Shown here: positions 57,076 to 64,000 of the stretch, piece by piece
Position numbering within the stretch: position 1 is the first letter of the stretch
Layout of the letters: every line of letters begins with the position of its first letter
From: Candidatus Moraniibacteriota bacterium
GTDB lineage: Bacteria > Patescibacteriota > Minisyncoccia > Moranbacterales > UBA2206
NCBI GenBank assembly: GCA_026396175.1
Contig: JAPLXG010000006.1
Span: 2,895-66,894, forward strand
Length of the DNA: 64,000 bases
Direction: 5' to 3'
Notes under the pieces: model-generated
What the model saw: only the letters and a program-made list of their open reading frames with translations
Database searches by the model: none
What the model was told of the DNA's origin: nothing
Translations under genes and position numbers: made by a program

Positions 57076-57666
57076 TTAATTTTTCTCTTCTTGCCCAATT
57101 TTTTTTATTATTTTCGGAATCCGTTTGAAATCTTTGATGAGTGTTTCGCGCATTGAGCCATTGTAAAGCGCGGCGGCGGGATGGTAGAGTGTATAAAAAA
57201 CCTGGCGGCCTACGCCTTCGATTTCTCGGCGCATGGCCTTACCGTGAATTTCGGAAATTTTGAAACCAGGCAAAAACCTTTCCATCGAATGTCGGCCGAG
57301 TGTGACGATTAGCTTAGGCTTAATAATTTTAATTTGCTCCAAAAGCCATGGCCAACAAGTGGCGATTTCTTCCGGGAGTGGGTCGCGATTACTGGGTGGG
57401 CGACATTTGCAGACGTTGGCGATGTAAACTTCTTCGCGCTTGAGACTGATTATCCCAAGCATTTCATCTAGAAATTTTCCGGCCGCGCCGACAAAAGGCA
57501 CGCCGGTTGCGTCTTCTTTTTGTCCCGGCGCTTCACCAATAAAAAGAATTTTAGCGTCCTCTGAGCCTGCGCCGGGGACGACTTGGGTGCAACCTTTGCG
57601 CAGAGCGCATTTGGTGCAGGCGAGCATTTCGGCGTTTAGTTTTTCGAGGTGGGATTGGTTAGACAT
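57076..57666 (-). CDS. uracil-DNA glycosylase, family 4
   Basis: GEAPGQKED motif and Fe-S cysteines. Confidence 0.8.
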   Translation of the reverse strand: MSNQSHLEKLNAEMLACTKCALRKGCTQVVPGAGSEDAKILFIGEAPGQKEDATGVPFVGAAGKFLDEMLGIISLKREEVYIANVCKCRPPSNRDPLPEEIATCWPWLLEQIKIIKPKLIVTLGRHSMERFLPGFKISEIHGKAMRREIEGVGRQVFYTLYHPAAALYNGSMRETLIKDFKRIPKIIKKIGQEEKN

Positions 57667-57790
57667 CGGTTTAATTTCTAATTTTCAATTTCTAATTTCT
57701 AAACAATTTTCAATGAAATAATTTCTAAATTTTGAAAATTGTAACATTGGAAATTGTTTGAAAATTGAAAATTGTGAATTGAAAATTATT
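57665..57790. repeat. Family C low-complexity AATTTCTAATTTTCAATTT tract (intergenic)
   Basis: ATTTCTAATTTTCAATTTCTAATTTCTAAA ... TTGAAAATTGTGAATTGAAAATT. Confidence 0.65.
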
Positions 57791-58289
57791 TCAGATCGTG
57801 TACTCTGATTAATTTAAAACCATCATTCTTCGTATTCCATACCGCAAAAGTCGGAGGATAGATTTCCCCGGCGACGTTGCCAGGATTGAGCATTTTGCAA
57901 TTGCCAATTATTTCCTCCCAAGGCTTGTGCGTGTGGCCATAAAAAACAAAAGCATATTTTCCCGTTTCCGCTAATTTTCTCGCTTCTCGAGGAAAATGGA
58001 CGAAGGCAATAAGCTTTCCATCAATCTTAGTCTCGCCAAAATTTTTGAATAAAAAAGTATTGCGATATTTTTCAACCGAATCAAGCTCGCGCAGTTCCGT
58101 GTAATCAGCATTGCCGAAAGTGTAATAAATAACGCCTGCAAAATTATCGTTCATGAGATCCAGAACCTCTCTTGATGCGAGATCGCCACAGCAAATAAGC
58201 GTGGTGATTTTTTGTTCGGCGCAATAACGCAAAACTTTATCCAAATTGACTTCGTTGTTGTGAATGTCTGAGGTGATGGCGATTTGCAT
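57786..58289 (-). CDS. metallophosphoesterase (YfcE/MJ0936 family)
   Basis: ITSDIHNN ... GHTH; start at ATG ~58289. Confidence 0.7.
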   Translation of the reverse strand: MQIAITSDIHNNEVNLDKVLRYCAEQKITTLICCGDLASREVLDLMNDNFAGVIYYTFGNADYTELRELDSVEKYRNTFLFKNFGETKIDGKLIAFVHFPREARKLAETGKYAFVFYGHTHKPWEEIIGNCKMLNPGNVAGEIYPPTFAVWNTKNDGFKLIRVHDLK

Positions 58290-58293
58290 ATGT

Positions 58294-59040
58294 TTATTTT
58301 CTATTATCCAACATTTTCCAGTTAAGTTCAAAGATGGTTTTTAGGGTGGTGTAAATCTTTTCGCTTTCAATGATAAGACCTAGACCTTCTTTGAAGGACA
58401 TAATGCCGATTTTTCTTTTGCCGTAGAGGTTTATCTCGACCTCTAGAAATAATCCAGTTGAATCATATAGGCGAGTTTCACGCAAATATTTCTTGTCCTC
58501 AGCTTGAATTTTCTGGACAACGCCGAGATTTTGTCCGATAGCACGCATCCAAATTTTTTTCTCAATTCTTTTTTTGAGATAATAATCCCACATATAGCCT
58601 TCGTCGAAATATTTGAAAACATCAGTTGTGCCCCACATCAGGATTTCTTGGTTGGGGTAATTCAAGGTGTCTTGGTAGACATTTTTAATTCCCTCGCTAC
58701 CTTCAAAATACTTCACATCCGGTTTTTTGTCGATTCCGCTGGCCATTGAGAGCAGTTGTGGAAGAATTCCTTCAAGCACGGTTTTCTTTTCTTCCAGCTG
58801 ACTTTCGAGTATTCTGGGATCTTCAGCATAATAGAGCGTGCGTTTTTTTCTTTTAGTTGTTCCAATGAGACCTTTAGCTTTCAACGATTCAATTACATCA
58901 TAAACAGTGGTGCGTTTGATCTTGGATTTGCGGGAAATCTGTTCCACTGTTGTTTCGCCCAACTCCAAAAGCTCGACATAAACATCAGCTTCACGCTCTG
59001 AGAGGTTAAGTTTTTCCAATTGTTTTTTTAGAATAGCCAT
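58294..59040 (-). CDS. TrmB-family HTH transcriptional regulator (second paralog)
   Basis: wHTH (EREADVYVELLELG ... KRTTVYDVIESL) plus TrmB C-terminal domain; start at ATG ~59040. Confidence 0.7.
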   Translation of the reverse strand: MAILKKQLEKLNLSEREADVYVELLELGETTVEQISRKSKIKRTTVYDVIESLKAKGLIGTTKRKKRTLYYAEDPRILESQLEEKKTVLEGILPQLLSMASGIDKKPDVKYFEGSEGIKNVYQDTLNYPNQEILMWGTTDVFKYFDEGYMWDYYLKKRIEKKIWMRAIGQNLGVVQKIQAEDKKYLRETRLYDSTGLFLEVEINLYGKRKIGIMSFKEGLGLIIESEKIYTTLKTIFELNWKMLDNRK

Positions 59041-59276
59041 AATAAATAAAAGATAGTTTGTCGACAAAAGGGTCGTTTTGATTAGACTAGCATAGCGTTT
59101 AAATTTTGTCTATACATAGGCCTAAAATAGTTTCATGGATGGTTAATCGGTGTATTTTAGAAAAATATGACATAAAAATATTTAAATAGTATAGTCTGTA
59201 GTTTCACAGATATGGAAGGTTGTTTAACAATTTGATGAACTAAAATGCGCTTAGTGGCGCGAAAGAGAGGTGACGT

Positions 59277-59519
59277 ATGGGCATAAGGGTAAGAGGTAAA
59301 AAAAGACTGGTTGTTTTTAGAAAAATGCTCCGTCGGATTTGTACGCTTGAAAAGCAAATTCTTGCCTCAGCCCCATCTGACAGTTGGGATATTGGCGAGA
59401 GCAGCTTGTCTGATAAAATTCGACAAATGGAAAAGGCAGTTCTGGCGGAAAATCGCTGGGACACTTGGCATGTCGGTGGGGTGCGGGAACATCTTGTTCT
59501 GCCAGCAAGAGGGAAATAA
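59277..59519 (+). CDS. hypothetical small protein (weak call)
   Basis: 80-aa ORF with GAGAGG RBS; no similarity recognised. Confidence 0.25.
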   Translation: MGIRVRGKKRLVVFRKMLRRICTLEKQILASAPSDSWDIGESSLSDKIRQMEKAVLAENRWDTWHVGGVREHLVLPARGK

Positions 59520-59578
59520 TTTCTCTAAAATGAGGCTGTCGGCAAATGTCGGTGGCCTCAAATATTTAAGGAGGGAAG

Positions 59579-60814
59579 ATGAAGCTAATTATTGACGAAC
59601 CATCAATAGTCCAAAATCCAACAATTCCGGTCAGATGGTGTCTTTCTGAAGAAGAAATTGAATTACTGCCAAGACGGAAAGGTGCAGACAACAACTTTGT
59701 TTTGCTAATAACCAAGTATGAAAATGGTAAGGAAGATAGGCGGTTAATCCCTTGCCGCGAAGTGATGACTTTCGTTACCTTTAATTGGCCAGGGAAAAAT
59801 TCACTCCATGCTCAGATCGTAGGAGCGGGAAATGTTCAAGAGATGAAAGAATATTTTTTAAGAAAAAACAATCGTTATCAATATGCAAACTACATATTTT
59901 TCAAGGAAGATGGTGGTCTGGGTGATATTCCATATTCAATTTATTCCATTCGGAGCGTGAGGTATGAAATTATTGTGTCGGCGGAATTCTTTGCCAAAAA
60001 GCCTCCTGCGTGGCTTGAGAGGTGGGTCAATTTCGGTTATGAATATCCTGCAGTTGACCAATGCCAATTGCGCAGAAGAATGATTCTTGCTTTCTCTCTT
60101 AAGCCAATCTTCATCGTCCTATGTTTGTTTGTGCGCTTTTTATGCGCTCTTGGTTGGATCGCGTTACTTATCCTTTTGGGAGTGAGAGAAATAGATTTTT
60201 CTGTTTCGATCCACCCATGGAGAACAGCGCTAAGAGATATTCATAAAAATTGTTCAGCTTATATCCAAGATCGTACTCGAATAAATCTGTGGTGGATCTG
60301 GGATTGTAATCAAAAAAGACGTTCGCGAGCATGGATCTTACTTGCACCGTTTATATTTATGAGTATCACGGTGGCGCTGGAAACCGTCAGGCGATATTTT
60401 GGAGTTACGGTTGATCAATATCCAACTTTTTTGGTCAAAACGAGCTGGGAGATTTTAAGCTTAAAAATGGTAATCGATGCTTTTATACTACTAGGTGTTA
60501 TTTTCGTATCGAGCCTTGCTGTTTTTATGGGCAGAGAGATTTATGAAAAAAATAAACCCAAGCTAAAAACATTAAAAACAATCAAACAAAAAGAAAAACA
60601 AAGAAAAGCAAAACAAAAGATGCTTTCAATGGAAGCGAGAGAACAGCGCCAGAAACAATTAATGGAAAAAGAATTTTTGGCAGCGTATAATCCAATTTCT
60701 TGTTCGGTGGCGCCAGAGAAGGCATCACTTGAAACATTGCCCCCACAATTAAAAACAATTCATTTGCGTTTTTTGGATATCAAAGCAAGGCTATGCAAGC
60801 CATTTGCCGGGTAA
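59579..60814 (+). CDS. hypothetical membrane protein with Lys-rich C-terminal tail
   Basis: RBS TAAGGAGGGAAG before ATG; soluble N-terminal ~150 aa, several TM helices, then coiled/Lys-rich tail. Confidence 0.5.
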   Translation: MKLIIDEPSIVQNPTIPVRWCLSEEEIELLPRRKGADNNFVLLITKYENGKEDRRLIPCREVMTFVTFNWPGKNSLHAQIVGAGNVQEMKEYFLRKNNRYQYANYIFFKEDGGLGDIPYSIYSIRSVRYEIIVSAEFFAKKPPAWLERWVNFGYEYPAVDQCQLRRRMILAFSLKPIFIVLCLFVRFLCALGWIALLILLGVREIDFSVSIHPWRTALRDIHKNCSAYIQDRTRINLWWIWDCNQKRRSRAWILLAPFIFMSITVALETVRRYFGVTVDQYPTFLVKTSWEILSLKMVIDAFILLGVIFVSSLAVFMGREIYEKNKPKLKTLKTIKQKEKQRKAKQKMLSMEAREQRQKQLMEKEFLAAYNPISCSVAPEKASLETLPPQLKTIHLRFLDIKARLCKPFAG

Positions 60815-60851
60815 TTTTTAGTGGATACATTGGTATTGCGTACAGCCTAAT

Positions 60852-60887
60852 AGCAGGAAGCTTTTAATAAGACCTTCCTGCTTTTTT
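60852..60887 (+). terminator. rho-independent terminator of 59579-60814; convergent partner terminator at 60895-60930 on the minus strand
   Basis: AGCAGGAAG..CTTCCTGCTTTTTT and CCAGTC AAAACGG GACTGG. Confidence 0.65.
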
Positions 60888-60929
60888 ATTTACAATAAAA
60901 AAACCAGTCAAAACGGGACTGGCACCGGG

Positions 60930-61430
60930 TTATTTCTCCTTTTTTGAATCACTTGCATAAGGACAGACGACACAAGAAAAAGAAAACTTGTTCTTGCTCG
61001 CAAAGATAATGCAATCTTCTAGAAATACGCAGGATGTATTTCTATGTGCACTTATCTCGCTAGCATATGGTGCGCGAGATAATTTCATCAAGATGTATTC
61101 GTTTCCTGATGCATCAATGCGGGTGTATCTTTTCAATAATTTAAGCACGTCCGCTCGTTGCTCATTTTCCAAATTTCCTACGCTTTTTTTCTGATTTGGA
61201 AATGAGGATGTTTTTTGGGGATTGGATTTTTGCAATTCCCAGTTGGTTATGCTCCAATGTAGCCAGACATTGAGGGTTACTTTGTAGGTTAATTTTATCC
61301 ATAACCTTAGGGCCAGGTCACTCTTTTCAAGTGCTATTCTTTCTGAATCGGTTAGCCAAATGCGTGGATTTCTTGTGTTAACTACCGCAATCTTCTGATT
61401 TTTCAAAAGATGGTTCTTGCTATAATCCAT
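60930..61430 (-). CDS. hypothetical protein
   Basis: 166-aa ORF, convergent with 59579-60814, own terminator. Confidence 0.4.
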   Translation of the reverse strand: MDYSKNHLLKNQKIAVVNTRNPRIWLTDSERIALEKSDLALRLWIKLTYKVTLNVWLHWSITNWELQKSNPQKTSSFPNQKKSVGNLENEQRADVLKLLKRYTRIDASGNEYILMKLSRAPYASEISAHRNTSCVFLEDCIIFASKNKFSFSCVVCPYASDSKKEK

Positions 61431-61461
61431 TTTTCATCACCCCCTTATTTTTTAGGAACTA

Positions 61462-62310
61462 TTATTTATTATCGCGAAAACTTTTTAATAGCTCAATATC
61501 TTTTTCTACCGCGTCATGCTCAGTTTCCAAAATCATATCAATATTATTCTTTTCGGCAAATGCGACAATATTTTGAAATGCAACTTTGCCAATTTTTCCA
61601 TCACCAATATGTTCATGGCGATCTCGCTTGGAATCAAAATCAGTCAAACTGTCGTTGGCGTGGATTAGTTTAATATTTTTTAGTCCCAATTCTTGATCAA
61701 TTCTTGTGATAGTTTTTTTGAAATCTCGCCAGTCATAGCCGGAAGCAAAAGAGTGCTGAGTGTCGAGGCAAATTCCGGCGATAGCGCTGTTGCCTACTCC
61801 ATCGATAATTGTTTTCAAGTCAAGAAGTGAGCTTCCGATGATTTCTCCGGCGCCGGCGCTGTTTTCCAAAAGTAGTTTAGTTTTTCCAGTATAATTTTCC
61901 AAAGTTTTTTGGAGCATCTCGATTACTTTTTGGATTGACTCGTCATGGGTCATGCCTTTGGCGGATCCAAGGTGGGTCATCACATATTTCGCGCCAATGA
62001 GACTTCCTCGTTCCAATTCGTCGCGGACGACACTGACTGAACCGTAGCGGATGCGATTTTCCAGGGAAGCGAAATTAATGTAGTAAGGCGTATGGATGTA
62101 GGTATCTAGTATTTGGTATCTAGTATTTAGTATTTTAAATTCACTGACAATTTCCTTTGTCAGTTCCGGTGCCTTTCCACCACGCGGTGAGCGAGTGAAA
62201 ATCTGCATTATTTCGCAACCTAAAACGCTTGCACGCTCAGGTGCATTTTGGATTCCGTGCCTACCGGCAGGCAAGCCGCCAGCGATTGAGATGTGAGCAC
62301 CGATGTTCAT
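61462..62310 (-). CDS. nfo: endonuclease IV (AP endonuclease family 2)
   Basis: Canonical Nfo; two in-frame repeat inserts (GGLPAGRHGIQ from the CCGGCAGGCA palindrome; NTRYQILDTY from the GGTATTTGGTAT repeat). Confidence 0.85.
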   Translation of the reverse strand: MNIGAHISIAGGLPAGRHGIQNAPERASVLGCEIMQIFTRSPRGGKAPELTKEIVSEFKILNTRYQILDTYIHTPYYINFASLENRIRYGSVSVVRDELERGSLIGAKYVMTHLGSAKGMTHDESIQKVIEMLQKTLENYTGKTKLLLENSAGAGEIIGSSLLDLKTIIDGVGNSAIAGICLDTQHSFASGYDWRDFKKTITRIDQELGLKNIKLIHANDSLTDFDSKRDRHEHIGDGKIGKVAFQNIVAFAEKNNIDMILETEHDAVEKDIELLKSFRDNK

Positions 62311-62369
62311 AATAGTAGGGGGTTACTTTTTGTTGCAGCTTTATTGTAACACAATAAATTAAATGGCGT

Positions 62370-62525
62370 AGCTTATCTGCTCAAATTTTTAATTTTTAAT
62401 TTTGTAATTTTTAAATAATGTTTAATTTTTTAATGACTAAGCGAAGATAACTGTTAATTCGGGTAATTTAAAAATTGAAACATTGAAAATTATTTGAAAA
62501 ATTAAAAATTATAAAATTAAAAATT
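62370..62525. repeat. Family C low-complexity tract (intergenic)
   Basis: TTTTAATTTTTAATTTTGTAATTTTTAAAT ... AAATTAAAAATTATAAAATTAAAAATTC. Confidence 0.6.
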
Positions 62526-63485
62526 CTACTCTATTTTCCACCCACTCTCCGTCTCAACAATCTTGCCTTTGATTTCAAAGCCGCTGGCGAGTTCGTGGCC
62601 GCCTCCGCCAAATTGAGCGGCGAGGGTGGAGACGTTGACGCCTTTGTATTTTTCACTGCGCAGGCTTCCCTTGATGATTCCGTCGCCACGTTCAGAAAGC
62701 ACGAGGGAAAATTTTGTGCCGGGGACGGTGTTGAGAATGGTGGCGACTTGGGCGATGTCTTCGGTGGTGGCGCCGAATTCTGTCATATCGGCCTTGGTGA
62801 TGACTGAAGTAATCATGCCATTTTCTTGATTGATGCGGGCGCGTTCAAAAGCGCGACCCCACAGTTTCAAGGTGGAAATCTTTTTGCTATTAAAGGTAGC
62901 GTTAATGATCTTTGCCATTGGCGCGCCTTTTTTCATCAGCTCGGAAATAATTTCCAAAACATGCGAAGTGGTGTTGGAATGCTGCAGGACGCCCGTGTCG
63001 GCGATGATGCCGAGCATGAGATAGGTGGATATTTCTCTAGTGATTTTAATCTCATTGGCCACAAAAAAATTATAGACCATTTCGCAGACAGAAGAATAGC
63101 TTGAGTCGACAATCATAATATCACACTGGATCGTGATGTCGGGGTGGTGATCAATTATAGCGGTGACCTGGTCTGGGCTTATGCGGGGGAGAATTTTTTC
63201 AAAACCGCGCTCAACACTATCAGTTGCAATAATTAATTTATATTTAGCCAGATCGAGGTTATCAGGATGAATAAAAGTAGCCGAGGAGAGCGTGGCAAGA
63301 TAATCCGGCAGTGAGTCAAAGCAGGCGATGTCAACATTTTTCCCCAGAGAGTCAAGATATTCTTTCAACGCCAAAGCAGAACCGACAGTGTCTCCGTCGG
63401 GTCTTCCGTGCGCGAAAAGCAAAATATCCCGCGAGCCACGGATTGCGTAATTTAGTGTATGAAATTCTTTGGCGAATTTGAGCAT
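62526..63485 (-). CDS. nrnA: DHH-family phosphoesterase, NrnA-like
   Basis: HGRPDGD, DHH and GGGH motifs. Confidence 0.7.
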   Translation of the reverse strand: MLKFAKEFHTLNYAIRGSRDILLFAHGRPDGDTVGSALALKEYLDSLGKNVDIACFDSLPDYLATLSSATFIHPDNLDLAKYKLIIATDSVERGFEKILPRISPDQVTAIIDHHPDITIQCDIMIVDSSYSSVCEMVYNFFVANEIKITREISTYLMLGIIADTGVLQHSNTTSHVLEIISELMKKGAPMAKIINATFNSKKISTLKLWGRAFERARINQENGMITSVITKADMTEFGATTEDIAQVATILNTVPGTKFSLVLSERGDGIIKGSLRSEKYKGVNVSTLAAQFGGGGHELASGFEIKGKIVETESGWKIE

Positions 63486-63640
63486 AAGAAAGCTAATTTT
63501 TAATTTCCAATTTTGTAATTTTATAAATAATTTTCTAATGCTCTAATTTCAAAAAGGTTTCCGTTTCGATTCAGAAAATTAAAAATTTTTGATTTATTTA
63601 AAAATTCAAAAATTACAAAATTATAAAATTTTTGATTAAA
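63485..63640. repeat. Family C low-complexity tract (intergenic)
   Basis: AATTTTTAATTTCCAATTTTGTAATTTTATAAA ... AAAATTCAAAAATTACAAAATTATAAAATT. Confidence 0.6.
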
Positions 63641-63977
63641 GTTCTTTCAGCAGTTTTTCAATTTTGTCGGCTTCTTTTTCCGTGAAGTCGCTGCGGAATT
63701 CAATGCGCGGCAAGGGTTTGATGCGAAGTTTCTTATTAAGACTTAGTTGGATATTATGGCGTTCTTTATCCAAAGTTTTCAATGCATAGGGAAACTCGCT
63801 TTCGGGAAAAACACTGACGAACACTCGAGTATAGCGGACATCAGGAGAAGTGTCAACCTTTGCGATTGTCACAAAAACCCCGCTCTTGAGTGAGAGGTCT
63901 TTGAGGATAATATCGTTGACATATTTTCTGATTAGCTCGTTGATTTTTGGAATACGATTAGCAGGCATATTGGGCAA
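63636..63977 (-). CDS. rbfA: ribosome-binding factor A
   Basis: 113 aa, RbfA-like. Confidence 0.7.
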   Translation of the reverse strand: MPNMPANRIPKINELIRKYVNDIILKDLSLKSGVFVTIAKVDTSPDVRYTRVFVSVFPESEFPYALKTLDKERHNIQLSLNKKLRIKPLPRIEFRSDFTEKEADKIEKLLKEL

Positions 63978-64000
63978 ATTTGAAATTTAAAATTTGAAAT

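Overview
This is a gene-dense, low-GC chromosomal segment that looks like a small-genome bacterium of the Candidate Phyla Radiation/Patescibacteria type (inference from gene content and style). I could not re-verify every boundary without tools, so coordinates for repeats and RNA features may be a few nt off. Most genes are housekeeping: rsmA, comM, lspA, pnp, rpsO, pcrA, xerC-like, ftsH, tilS, gmk, rpsA, gyrA, cca, dxs, fhs, rarA, folD, rluD, rplS, a class A PBP, nfo, nrnA and rbfA. There are also two TrmB-family regulators, cell-wall hydrolases (LysM-CHAP, 3D-domain) and an SGNH plus AT3 acyltransferase pair. I found twelve tRNA genes or tRNA-like sequences in four clusters. The tRNA-Phe(GAA) gene appears to be split by a ~251-nt group I intron in its anticodon loop. 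The tRNA-Cys, tRNA-Gly and tRNA-Val loci carry partial duplications. The tRNA-Cys duplication brackets a small GIY-YIG nuclease gene. The dominant oddity is a zoo of short palindromic and low-complexity repeat families that fill intergenic spacers and, more surprisingly, sit in frame inside coding sequences. One family contributes LPAGRQ/LPTGRQ to pcrA, cca and nfo. A second contributes ARNA(T/S)HS(V/D)AGGGE to pnp, ftsH and rpsA. A third contributes NTKYQIPDTKYK-like peptides to rsmA and nfo. A 36-bp perfect palindrome sits in rarA. One O-antigen-ligase-like membrane gene (31221-33278) is saturated with at least 14 copies of the palindrome (A)ATGTTCCACGTGGAACAT(T) yet keeps one open frame. 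This mirrors the Rickettsia palindromic element phenomenon but has not, to my knowledge, been described in this kind of genome. No CRISPR array, rRNA or obvious prophage is present.
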